The notes below the pieces were generated by a model that saw nothing but the letters and a program-made list of their open reading frames with translations, made no database searches and was not told the DNA's origin. The position numbers and the translations under genes are program-made. A stretch of DNA of 64,000 nt. It comes from Marsupella aquatica (Eukaryota; Plantae; Marchantiophyta). Below, piece by piece: positions 25,886-38,451 of this stretch. The DNA is taken from contig OZ316897.1 of the NCBI GenBank assembly GCA_973895155.1, positions 7,492,470-7,556,469 of the forward strand, in the 5' to 3' direction. Every line of letters starts with the position of its first letter. The stretch's first letter is position 1.

Positions 25886-28800
25886 CTATTGTAATGAGGG
25901 GTCCAAATCCTCTACTACAACTACACTTGGCTTGTCTTGAACAATGGATCGTGAGCGAGGGATGTAAGGCATAACAATGGACCACTCTGGGTCATTCGGA
26001 TAAGGAAGATAGAAAGATTGCTCCAAATGATGGGGAAATGCAAATGGATCTGAGGTCCTCCAATTGGAACTAATGACACTAGTTGCACTGGTCTTCAATC
26101 GTGTGAACCCACATGCATCTTCTTCACAGGTCCGATTATGGCCAACAAGATTCATCCGAAACCATTTGCACTTGAACACCACCTCCTCCAAGGTTGTATG
26201 GGCATGATAATTTACGATAAGAATCTCCTCTATCTTCCCATAGTGGGCCACAATTGAACGTATTGGATTCCGGTCAAAAGTGCTACTTTGTGACTCTTGG
26301 GTGAACCACCCCATCACCCCACAATCTTGTGTTGCTGCTCTCTTCATATCAAGATGTTGGATTCGAAAATGCCTCCCCTTTGACCACATGGCTGTTCGAG
26401 TCGTGACCATGAGTAATGGACCATGAACAAGGGTGCGAATGTCATTGGTGACCTTCGGAAAGTGCAAAACACTCTCACCCTGACCCAACAAGGCATCAAT
26501 CTCTGTCAACTTCTCCTTCATATATGGGAGAAACTTGGGGAAGAGGCGTGGCCGACGACTATTACTCTTCTCCTCCTCATAAAATGCAGTCCACTCCCCT
26601 GCAATCTCTGGTGAGTTATACAACATGAATGTGGTGAGTTGCAGACGTTCAGCAGAGCCTAGTAGTCGTTCTCCCTTTGCTCCAGTGAGTCTATCCTCTT
26701 CATAATCTACCTCTCGTGCTGACTCATCTATCCAACCCCTTGGAGCATTTGGATCAAGTGTAGCCACAATGTTCGTACAATAGAACATACTCTCTGCTCC
26801 AAGGTGACGTTCGGCAATGCTACCTTCCACCCTAGCACGGTTTGATACATTTGATTTCATGACTCCCATGAATCGCTCTACCCAATACATCCAACGACAA
26901 TGTACTGGGCCTGCAATGGCTACTTCACGCACTAGATGTACAAGAAAATGAACTTGACCATCAAAGAAGGAAGGAGGGAGTGCTCGCTCCAACTTGCACA
27001 CAACCTCCACTCCAAATACCTCAATGGCAGCAATCTCTCCCTCGTTGACCTCCTTTTGACAAACCCATCTCAACAATCTACCCAATGACCAAAGTGCATC
27101 CTGAAGATCCTCGCTGCCCAATCCAATAATAGCAACTGGAATAACATGCTGCAATAGACGATGATAATCGTGGGTCTTCAAGAAAGCTGGACATTTTGGA
27201 GAGTCATCTCCACCAAATGCCTTGCGAAGATTGGCACCATACCCTGTAGGAAACCGCATTGACCCTATCCGCTTGCGAAACTCTATTCGCTCACTCCTTG
27301 TGAAAACCCATGGGGGATGGATAGTAAGGGGAGGGTCAGGGTCCATAGATGGCCAAAAACCATGAAGGCCATGCATCCCCATCTTCTCACAACTCTCCCT
27401 CCAATTGTTGTTTTTCTCTCCATATAGATGGCGGATCAATGACCTCCCAACATTCCCCTCAATATGCATAGGGTCCAATAGATGATTTATCGGCATGTGT
27501 TCCCAATATGGAAGTTGTGCCAATGCAGACAAACGGGTCATGCCACATCTAGCCAAGGGTAATGGGTCATCTGGATCAGTCACCCTCTCCCATACCTCCT
27601 TCCAATATATTGGGTCCTTCGGTAAAGGTTGAGGTCTTGTGTCTGGCTGGCCCTCATCCGTGTCATACAAAAATGGATCATACCTCCAGTCATGCCCCTC
27701 AGGAAGATACTTTGTGTGACCAATGTAAACTATCTTCCGCAGGGTGGTAGACTTTGGGCGTGCCACTCCCTCCAAGTCTGGTCCACAAGTTGGGCAAGCA
27801 CGATATCCAGAAGCTTGCAAGCCAGAAATATATCCAAACCCTTCACAAACAATGGTCACAAATTAAAACCCATTAAGTTTTGAAACCAAACCAAAGGGAA
27901 AAAAAATAAACAGAACGATATATATATATGGGTAGCTGCACAAGCCATACTTAATTTATAAAGAGTTGCGTACCTGGAAGATCATGCATGGTCCACATAA
28001 GAATGGCTTTGAGCTGAAACTCACGGGGTAAGCCCCCTGTATGCACTCGACCATCATAGCAATCCACTCCCCCCCAAAGTTTCTATAGCTCCTCAATCAA
28101 CGGTTGCAAGTATACATCAATCTTCTTCACTTGCTTAGGGCCAGGAATAATCATAGATAGGAGCAAATGACCCTTCTTCATGGCCATCCATGGTGGGATG
28201 TTGTAGTTAGTGAGGACTACTGGCCATACAGAGTATGGTTTGGCCTTGCCGGCCAGTGCAAATGGGCTAATGCCGTCTGATGCCAAACCAAGGCGAACAT
28301 GACGAGGGTCAGTCTTGAACTCACCCCAACGCTCTTCCACAAATCTGTTTGCAGGAGAGTCAACCATCATGCGCATGGTTGGATCCTGAGTAGTGTCTGA
28401 ACGGTGTTGGGAATGCCATACCATATACTTAGCCAACTCTGCACATCGAAACTGGTGACGCAAACGAGGAATAAGGGGAAAGTACCTCATAACCTTTTGA
28501 GGTACTCTTCCTGTCAACATATCCTCACGATATCTTGGCGCGTTGCACACAGGACATGTAAGAGCATTTGAGTGCTCCTTCCTGAACAAAACACAATCAT
28601 TCACACAAGCATGTATGACCTCATACTTGAGGCCTATGGACTTCAACACTTTCTTTGCCTCTTTCCATGATGCTGGCAAGTTATTCCCCTCTGGTAACAT
28701 ACGATCATGCAATGTCCTGAAAATATCATCAAGAAGCAAGTTGCTTGCTCCATGTCTTTGCTGCAAGTTCAGTAATAACATGATTGCTGAAAGACGAGAT

Positions 28801-29136
28801 AATCTAGACCCCTCAAAAAGACGAGTCCGTGCATGCTCTTGAGCCTCCTCCCACTGGTGCAAGTGTCGATTCCGTGAAGGAGTATGCCTATGAGGAGGAG
28901 GTAAGTCAATGTCCTCCCAGTCACCTGGGTCATGATCACCCCGGGGATCACCCTCATCTGCATCCATGAATTGGTGCATCAACTCATCCATAGCCCGGTC
29001 CTCATCCACTCTTTCTTGGGTAGCATTAGGTAGTTCATGTGGAATGTCCATATCCTCAAAAGGTTGACCCCCTTGCCTACCATCCATGGCCTGAAGGAGA
29101 TGTTGTCGCACAGCTCGTGATAATACCTCAATATCT
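25886..29136 (-). pseudogene. CACTA TnpD/Tnp2 transposase (Transposase_21 + DUF4218 + DUF4216-type regions) with one premature stop
   Basis: IHACVNDCVLF, TCPVCNAPRY, YFPLIPRL, VRLGLASDGISPF, SVWPVVLTNYNIPPW, IDVYLQPLIEEL*KLW, WTMHDLP|G, LDPMHIEGNV, KTHDYH, GPVHCRWMYWVER, VVFKCKWF. Intron ~27846-27973; TAG at 28083-28085. Confidence 0.92.
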
Positions 29137-29325
29137 GGCTGAACAAATGCATTCTATCATACACAAAAGAAAACAATGAGAATGATATAAGTCCAGGTCT
29201 CTCAACCAACAATTGAGACATCCATATATGAATGAGTCAAAAGACTCCATAGCTCTTGAAACCAATTAGAGAATGACTCAAGTAATATTTTTATAAAAGT
29301 GAACATATACACATGTTTGTATGTG

Positions 29326-30261
29326 CTATGAAGGACGACACCGTATGGCCATCTTAGGCGCGTTCCAATCATAGTCACAAAAGAGTTCCTCACCAGCCCT
29401 AATAGTCCTAATGGCTACAGTCATAACATGGTCATCCATATGCTTCACATAGTAAGGTGGTGGCGGTGCCCCAAAAATCTGAACCCACTCTACATTTGGT
29501 TGAAGTCCTCGTCCTCTCCCTTTGGTACTATTGATATACCCAGCGATGTTATCACATCACACAGGATCACCATCAATCATCCTACAATGCCAAGGCCTCT
29601 TGAGGACCTCATCCGGATCGGAATCCATTTGCAATGCATACACTCCCCATGATGGTTGTTGCCGTAAAATAATGTTCCAATTCTTGGCAGTGTATATAGG
29701 GCCAATATAAGGAAATAAGTGTTCCCCATCATAACCTCTTCGCCATGGCTTTGGATGGACCACAATGTCCTCCAAAGCAAATAACCCAAATCCTACATCA
29801 ACACCAAGGGAAGATGACTGCACTATCCAATGACGGCCCCATATCTCTATAGGGGCATTAGTGGGTATGCCTTGAGGGATTTTGAATATCTCAGACGAGA
29901 AGTCCTTCACAAGAGGCAATGCCTTTCCAGAGAGATATGACAATCCCAACCTACCCTCCACTACCACATAACCCTCACCTGGCTTCATCATAGGCGGACC
30001 TACCAAGTTTGGGTCTTGAGACTCACGAGTGCCCAATGGTTCATAATGTCTCCTATGCCTATGGGAGCGTGGGCCGGTGCGTAAAACCCTAGATGGAGGT
30101 ACCTTCAGGTCACCTTGCTCAATGTCCTCCACCCTTGCTACAGGTACACTCCCACCCTCACCTTTGGGGCATGGGGCAGGAGGAGGCGGTGTAGATGTTG
30201 ATGCAAGCATCCGTCTTGCACTAGCCAAGAATGTGTCTAGCCATAGCTCTTTAGAGATCAA
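29326..30261 (-). pseudogene. SET-domain protein carried inside the CACTA element (one in-frame TGA at 29557-29559)
   Basis: Read-through translation: QSSSLGVDVGFGLFALEDI...PYIGPIY...MIDGDPV*CDNIAGYINSTKG...QPNVEW...VMTVAIRTIRAGEELFCDYDW. This shows the SET motifs GxGLFA, YxG, (R)YINxS and GEELxxDY. Confidence 0.8.
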
Positions 30262-31413
30262 TGGAGGAGGGGCCCATCAATGTGAAAATTAATCACATGT
30301 CAAAAATCTTTCCCACTCATATTAAGTACCCTAAATACAATATGTCAAGATTGGAACCTAGTTTACACTAAGCGAATAATTAAAAATAATGACTGTGCAT
30401 CTTACCTAAATGATATCCGCACTGAACAATGCCTACTAGGATCTTGGCCTTAGAATATATCCGAAGACAATATCCGAAATGTCTGCACAATTAAAGGAAT
30501 ACCATCAGAATTTATCTATACATATGTCCCCATAGAATCATATCCACTATATATTGTGGCCATCAATGAAAAAAATTCAGCCAAATATATACTTAAAGTG
30601 CTCACCTCCAAATGATAAAGGGAGTATATCATACCTTTCGGATGCACGGCCTATCGCGATGCATAATGCATTGCAAAAATGGACCTACAAAAATACAAAC
30701 AAAGAGAACGACCCAACCCTCCGCAAAAAAATACTGCACAATACACGCACATGAGGTTAACTTTGTTTGGCCCCCAAAATTAAATCCACATACAAGGTGG
30801 ATAAATTTGTCAAAACTTTTAATGTGAGTGGGTCAATGATCATACCGTTCAACCCCAAAAGTATGTTGTTGTAAGGGGGACGTTACCGCACCTATAACCG
30901 GATTTTATTCAAGAACCCCACCGCCCAAACAAAATCCGGCTACTCAACCAGGCCTACAATTACAATGCAAGTTTTCACATCAACTAAACTTACATTTCCT
31001 TACCACATCCTCAGCCCCCCCCATTGACTAACTTATTATAAATCCATCCTTAAAGGCATAAAAAATAATGGACAAGCTAAGTCCGATCATATTGGAAGAG
31101 GGGTCCGATACTTTAAGCATCGCTATTTCCGATCCCATTTTCGATAGTTCAAGTATCGGATGTTCCAATTCTTAAAAAGTCGGATGGAGGGCACAATAGG
31201 GTTTGGTACTTTTCCCGACTAAAGTACGAATGTCTTTGTATCGGGCTTGGTTTCGGATGCAACTTGGGAGGAGCTGCTGAGTGAACACAAAGTGGAGGAG
31301 CACGCATTGGAGGTCGAGGCTATGGAGGGGAATGGCACGGCTGGGGGGGAGGAGACGGAGCAGCCAGGGTGGGTGGAGATGGAGCAGGGCCGTCACAGCA
31401 GATCTCGGACATT

Positions 31414-34110
31414 ATGGCAGAGATTTTCAAGAGGCAAGCAGGCCTGTCTGCTGAAGCTGCGGCCATAGCAGCTCAATTGACCCAGGGCCTGATTGACGAA
31501 TCCAGGCAATCTGCCATAAGTGAAGCAAAGAAGGCTTTCATGGAGAGGCTAGAGAAAGGAAAGGAGAAAAAAAGAAAGAGGAAGGAGGAGAGGAAAGGCA
31601 GGCCAGTGGAGGCCCTCTCACCACAAGAAAGAGAGAAGAGGCTTAGAAAGGAGGCTCGAGCTGCAGAGAGGGCAAGGATTGAGGAAGAGAGGCTACGAGC
31701 AGAGGAAAGGGCCAAACGGCCAAAATTGTTCATTAATAAGGGAGGAGCTTCGATGACAAAGAGCTACAATTTGTTCAGAAGTCAGCTAGGGCAGGTGTTG
31801 AGGGCAAATTTCAGCCCCTTAGATTACTGGGGGAAGAAGAAAGAAGAGGAGAAATTTCAAGCAAGGGAGCAAGTGAAGGAGCGATTCTGTATTGGCTGCT
31901 TCCTGGATGATCGATGGCTGAATAAGAAGATCTCACGTTCACTTGCAGATAGACGTAATAATGTGAGAGAAAAGATGAGGAAGTACCTGGCAGATTGTAA
32001 GGAGGAGGCAGAGGTGATCAGGCAGAGAGATCCCCCGGATGAGATACCAGGTGATGCCTGGTCTGCTTGGATTGATGCTGAGCTACAGGTTCGTGCTTGG
32101 CAAGCGAGACGTCACTGGCAGGCTGAGCTCGATGAGGCAGAGAAGAGGGTCCTTTCAAGACAGACTGTTGACATCCCCCTCCTGCAGCAAAACTTAATGG
32201 AATGGGAGGCCAAATTAGCACTGCTTGGAGACCCTCCACTTTACATTCAAAATGCAATTGAGAGGGTGGAGAAGAGACCTACAGTTACTCACCGAATGGG
32301 GCAGGGTGGAGCGCATCGTCTCAAAGCAGAGTTTGTAAGTCCTCTGCTCCCCTCCTCCTTGCGCGCCTCCTTGCTGAATTTTTACCTTGAAATTGGGTCC
32401 TCCCTCTCCCTGATCACCTCAGGCACAACCTTGGCTATGCCTGCATAAGTCCTCCCAGACCTCCCCTCTTATCCCTGTGCGTTTGTTATCGAGCCTGTAT
32501 CGCAAGTTTTGATGTGTCCTTATTTTTTTCTGTTTCCGATTCTATTCCGATTGCTGAAGAGTCGGAAATGGAGTGAGACTCTCTCTTATGGGTTTTGGAC
32601 GCAAGGCTTCCGATTATGGTCCGATTACCTGAGAATCGGACCCTGCATCGGACCTTAGGTTTTGGGGTTTAGGGTGGAGGGGTCCGATTAGGGAAGCATC
32701 GGAAAAATTCAAAATTTTGAATATTTGACTGTTTTAGGCCACGCCGGGGGGTTTTTTTTTTTTAAGGAGTGCCGGGCTTAGGTTGTCGTTGCTTTTTGCG
32801 ATAGTTAGGCCACAATAATAAGGGAGTATTTTATATAGGTAGAGTGGGTAGTGATACCCATGAGTTGAAAGGGATGTGGGGGTGTTAGGGAATTTTTCTA
32901 AGTAATGTGTGGGGCTAGGTAGGGATTATTATTCATTAAGTAATGTGGGGGATTTGGTAGGGATTAACTTTTAAAATAATGTATTTCAAGTAATGGGGGG
33001 GTTCAATTTTATTCTCATTTGCCGGGGAGGGGGGTTAATTATTATCTTGAGTATGGTGCAGGAGCAAGAGCATGGACGCCCAATCTTGCCACCTGAGAGA
33101 GAGTTGGCTAAGAAATTTGGAACGCGGGCTCTGAAACTTCACATGCAGGACGAGTTGGGGTCGGTAAGTATATGCACAATTGAAAACCATATTTCTAACC
33201 TTTGATGCAACATGGTTATAATCACTCCCTTGTAGGTCATTTTCAACACTAACACTTGGGTTCATGGTTGCTTACATGTATGTAGGAGTCAAATGAGGAG
33301 TCAGAGGGTTTGGACTCAGCCGAGGAGGGTTCGGGGGCCTCAGATTCAGAGTCTGAGGCTGAGGAGGGGAGTGTGGCACCCACCCCTGTTCGCTTGATTG
33401 GCGGCACATCCCGAGGGACTCGAGGTAGTCATTCTAGACGGAGGACTGATGGTGATGTAGGTGGCCGTAGAGCAGCAGGAGGTAGTGGGGGTGCTACAGC
33501 TGCTAGAGGTGGTGTTGGGACAAGTGGTAGTGGGCGCCGGGGCGGTTTTGATCGATCTGCAGGTGCTGGTGGGCGGGGTAGTACTGGGGCCCATAGTGGT
33601 TCTCACAGGCCCGGGTCTGGTGGGGGGGTTGGTAGTGGGCCCCATGGTGGTTCTCGCCGCCATTCAGGGGTTGTTGGCGGGAATGGTTCTCGCCATTCAG
33701 GGGCTAGTGGTGGAGGGGCTAGTGGGGGTGGGAGCACTGCTCGTGGTCATTCAGGGGCCAACAGGGTGAGTGGGACTGCAGTTGGTGGCATTGGTGATAG
33801 GACTCCATCTCACCAGTCAGGGGCTAGTGGAGGTGCAGGGTCTCACCACTCTGCAGCCCAAGGGGGTAGTGGAAGTGCATCATTTCATACTTGCTCCGAT
33901 GCTGGGGGTGTTACAGTGCCTTCTCATGACTTAGAAGGTGATGTTGGTGACGTTGGTACCGCGATAGCTCCAAGCACCACAGCTGCAACTGCATCTCATG
34001 CTGTCATTGATAGGGTCCTAGGGTTAGTGCCAGATGCCACTACCCGACCAGAGAGTTATCGCCCTCGTGCCAAGAAGAGGAAGGGACGACATGCACCAAC
34101 ATATGGATAG
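31414..34110 (+). CDS. CACTA TnpA-like accessory protein; exons 31414-32334, 33062-33163, 33286-34110
   Basis: Canonical GT-AG junctions that keep frame. Coiled-coil region, DPPDEIPGDAWSAWID and THRMGQGG (Transposase_24/PTTA-like), then a Gly/Ser-rich tail. Divergent from TnpD. The true start may be ATG 31322, shifted by an indel in a G run. Confidence 0.65.
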
Positions 34111-34364
34111 GCCAGGTAGCTTAGCATAGGACCATTTGTAGGTAGGCCACGATACCATGCAGGTTGAGATGGATTATACACCTGTACATGTAAAGGTTGT
34201 ACTTTCCATGCTAGAGGAGGCCATCCTCTTTTGTATATATAATGGCAGGGGTTTCCCCCTTTTGAGTCTCACTACCATTCTTGCTACCCATGCTCACTTC
34301 CATGCATCCCAACATTGTAACCCCCACACCCCCAAAATTAATAATCAGAAATTTTACCCCTTCA

Positions 34365-34860
34365 ATTATCCGATACTCCTCCGATCTTAAAAATATCCGA
34401 ATGTCCGATTCTCCCAAACTCGGAATTTGCCATCCCCAGAGAATCGATCTTTTCGATACCCTTGGTTACGGTCTTTCCGATACTTCTAGTAACGGTATTT
34501 TTGATCTTTATAACAACGGTATGTTCGATACTTTTATTTACGGTCTTTGCGTAACCTTTTGATACGCAATATGCGATATTCAAAGTTACCCAAAGTCCGA
34601 TTCTTTACGTATCGGAAGTGGATCGGAAGTGTATCGGCTCCCCTCTTCCATTTCCGATTTGCAGAACATCGGACGGCTGATTTTCCATTATTTTTGGGTA
34701 CGCAAAGTGCGTTAAGTTTTGTATCGCAAAGTCCGATTATCTTCCGATTGTCGTTATTCGATGGGTTGAGAGTCGGAATTTGCGATACGTTTAGAGTCGG
34801 ATGAGATGTTTTTCTTGGAAAAATTTTACAAAGGGATCCGAAGGTGTCCATGTCGGAAAT
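34365..34860. repeat. CACTA right subterminal motif cluster (TCCGAT/ATCGGA)
   Basis: Dense TCCGAT, ATCGGA and TTCGATAC copies. Confidence 0.75.
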
Positions 34861-34944
34861 TGGCCTCATAATGTACTAGTGTATTCAATGAGCTATTCAA
34901 GATTCATGTACAAATTAGTTGCATACTTCAATCTACATAACAAG

Positions 34945-37855
34945 TCCAAGTACATGTTGTTCTCTTAGCCATGCAGGTCCCTCACAAGATGCTGGTATGA
35001 TAAGAGTCGTGGCTGCCAAATGTCCCTTCTTTGAACTACTCATAAACAAAATTAATATTCACTAAGGAAAGCAGGGTTTGAGAGATGGAACCAGAGATGG
35101 CAAAATTTCTAGAGCCACATTCCCTTACCAGAATGGGACCAAACTTTGCCTGCACATACCCCAGGTAGAAGACAACGTGCTGGTGAAGTAAGAGCACCAA
35201 CAAAGCTTTGGTTGAGAAATGAAAAATGGGAGCCTTTGTGGGGTACTCCTGCCTCCTAAGCAACCTTTGACTTCTCTCCCTTGCCACTATTCAAACCAGC
35301 TCCGACTTGCTAGATCTGCAACCAAGTCCAAGTGCATGTTTTCCTCTTAGCCAGGTCCCTAACAAGATGGTGGTTCATAAGAGTCGTAACTGTCAAATCT
35401 CCCTACTTTGAAGTACTCAGAAATCAATCGTTCAATAAGGGAAGCAATGTTGAAGAGATGGGAGAAGGGAGCGTGGAATTTCTGGAGCCACATTCCCTGG
35501 GTGGAATGGGACCAAACTCGGCCAGCACGTACCTCAAGTAGTGGAAAATGTCCTGGTAAAGTTACAATACGAACGGCAATTTCAGTGACAAATGAAAAAT
35601 CGGATGCTCCGAGGCGGTCCTCCTGCCTCCCAAGCCACCTTCGAATCTTCTCCTTTGCCACTACTTTGATCAGCTCGTACTTGCTAGACCTGAAAATGAG
35701 TCCAACTACATTGTGTTCTCTCAGCCACGTCCCTAACAAGATGATGGTATCACAGGAGTCGTAGCTGTTGAACATCACTGCTTTGAAGTACTCAGAAATC
35801 AATCGTTCAATAAGGGAAGCAATGTTGAAGAGATGGAAGCAGGGAGCGTGGAATTTCTGGAGCCACATTCCCTGGGCGGAATGGGACCAAACTCGGCCAG
35901 CACGTACCTCAAGTAGTGGAAAATGTCCTGGTAAAGTTACAATATGAACGGCGATTTCAGTGAGAAATGAAAAATCGGATGCTCCAAGGCGGTCCTCCTG
36001 CCTCCCAAGCCACCTTCGAATCTTCTCCTTTGCCACTACTTTGATCAGCTCGTACTTGCTAGACCTGAATACGAGTCCAACTACATTGTGTTCTCTCAGC
36101 CACGTTCCTAACAAGATGATGGTATCACAGGAGTCGTAGCTGTTGAACATCATTGCTTTGAAGTACCCAGAAATCAATCGTTCAATAAGGGAAGCAATGT
36201 TGAAGAGATGGAAACAGGGAGCGTGGAATTTCTGGAGCCACATTCCCTAGGCGGAATGGGACCAAACTCGGCCAGCACGTACCTCAAGTAGTGGAAAATG
36301 TCTTGGTAAAGTTACAATATGAACGGCGATTTCAGTGACAAATGAAAAATCGGATGCTCCAAGGCGGTCCTCCTGCCTCCCAAGCCACCTTCGAATCTTC
36401 TCCTTTGCCACTACTTTGATCAGCTCGTACTTGCTAGACCTGAAAACGAGTCCAACTACATTGTGTTCTCTCAGCCACGTTCCTAACAAGATGATGGTAT
36501 CACAGGAGTCGTAGCTGTTGAACATCACTGCTTTGAAGTACTCAGAAATCAATCGTTCAATAAGGGAAGCAATGTTGAAGAGATGGAAACAGGGAGCGTG
36601 GAATTTCTGGAGCCACATTCCCTGGGCGGAATGGGACCAAACTCGGCCAGCACGTACCTCAAGTAGTAGACAATGTCCTGGTAAAGTTACAGCATAAATG
36701 GAGATTTCAGTGCGAAATGAAAAATTGGATTCTCCAAGGTGGTCCTCCTACCTCCCAAGCCACCTTCGAATCCTCTCCTTTGCCACTACTTCGATCAGCT
36801 CGTACTTGCTAGACCTGCAAACGAGTCCAACTACATTGTGTTCTCTTAGCCATGTCCCTAACAAGATGATGGTATCACAGGAGTCGTAGCTGTTGAACAT
36901 CACTGCTTTGAAGTACTCAGAAATCAATCGTTCAATAAGGGAAGCAATGTTAAAGAGATGGAAACAGGGAGCGTGGAATTTCTAGAGCCACATTCCCTAG
37001 GCAGAATAGGACCAAACTCAGCCAGCACGTACCTCAAGTAGTAGACAATGTCCTGGTAAAGTTACAGCATGAACGGAGGTTTGAGTGAGAAATGAAAAAT
37101 CGGATGCTCCGAGGCGGTCCTCCTGCCTCCCAGCCACCTTCGAACCCTCTCCTTTGCCACTACTTCCATCAGCTCATACTTGCTAGACCTGCAAACGAGT
37201 CCAACTACATTGTGTTCTCTCAACCATGTCCCTAACAAGATGATAGTATCACAGGAGTCGTAGCTGTTGAACATCACTACTTTGAAGTACTCAGAAATCA
37301 ATCGTTCAATAAGGGAAGTAACATTTAAGAGATGGAAGCAGGGAGCATGGAATTTCTGGAGCCACATTCCCTGGGCAGAATGGGACCAAACTCGGCCAGC
37401 ACGTACCTCAAGTAGTAGACAATGTCCTGGTAAAGTTACAGCATGAACGGAGGTTTCACTGAGAAATGAAAAATCGGATGCTCCAAGGCGGTCCTCCTGC
37501 CTCCCAAGCCACCTTCGAATCTTCTCCTTTGCCACTACTTCGATCAGCTCGTACTTGTTAGACCTGCAAACAAGTCCAACTACATTGTGTTCTCTCAACC
37601 ACGTCCCTAACAAGATGATAGTATCACAGGAGTCGTAGCTGTTGAACATCACTGCTTTGAAGTACTCAGAAATCAATCGTTCAGTAAGGGAAGTAACATT
37701 TAAGAGATGGAAGCAGGGAGCGTGGAATTTCTGGAGCCACATTCCTTGGGTGGAATGGGACCAAACTCGGCCAGCAAGTACCTCAAGTAGTGGACAATGT
37801 CCTGGTAAAGTTACAATATGAACGGCGATTTCAGTGAGAAATGAAAAATCGGATG
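34945..37855. repeat. 375-bp tandem array, left part (~8 units, first ones degenerate)
   Basis: Marker CCTTCGAA recurs with its TCGAA at 35641, 36016, 36391, 36766, 37140 and 37515 (period 375/374). The ORF track repeats a 125-aa unit. Confidence 0.95.
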
Positions 37856-37871
37856 ATCAGCCTATTCATTA

Positions 37872-38205
37872 AAAGTGTATTATTATTTGATTTATGTACA
37901 TTTGGGCAATGAAAAGTGTACTTTTGGGCTTGAAAAAGTGTACATTTGGCCAATAAAAAGTGTACATTTGGGGATAGAAAAGTGGACAATTGGCCTAAAG
38001 AGTGTACATTTGGGCAATGAAAAGTGTATATTTGAACATCAAAATAGGTACATTTGGCTTTAAAAGTGTACATTTGGCCTAGAAAGTGTACATTTGAGTG
38101 AAAAAAACATACATTTGGCTCAAAAAGTGTACATTTAAGTGCATTTGGTCTAGAAAGTGTAGCTTTGAGTGCAACAAAGTGTACATTTGGCCTAAAAAGT
38201 GTACC
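37872..38205. repeat. left subterminal repeats AAAAGTGTACATTT (~14 copies)
   Basis: Read directly; spacing about 21-23 bp. Confidence 0.85.
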
Positions 38206-38451
38206 AACTCTTATTATAATCATTTAAAAGAAAAGAATGAATAGAAAAATATTTTTAATTATGCAAAAAAAGCAAACATTCATATTCATAACAATCAAAA
38301 GTTTAGAAAATGAGGAGATAGTATAACTAACACTCAATGGCATGGTCTCACATTAAAACTATTAAAATAGTAAATAACTAGTAGGTACTTGTTACTATCT
38401 ACGTAACTATCTATTTAATAATTATTATAGCTTCACAAGTAACAACTAAGT

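Larger units (their letters stand above)
25200..34881. mobile_element. CACTA (En/Spm) DNA transposon, 9682 bp, TSD TAT
   Basis: Termini CACTAGTACATT...AATGTACTAGTG. TAT at 25197-25199 and 34882-34884. Dense subterminal TCCGA/TCGGA motifs. Contains TnpD, TnpA-like and SET ORFs. Confidence 0.95.

Noticed and set aside
33346-33769. Alternative-frame and antisense ORFs over the Gly-rich TnpA exon
   Set aside because: Shadow ORFs of GC-rich low-complexity coding sequence.
34945-37855. Regular repeats as a CRISPR array
   Set aside because: These are contiguous 375-bp units with no unique spacers, in a eukaryotic context with no cas genes.
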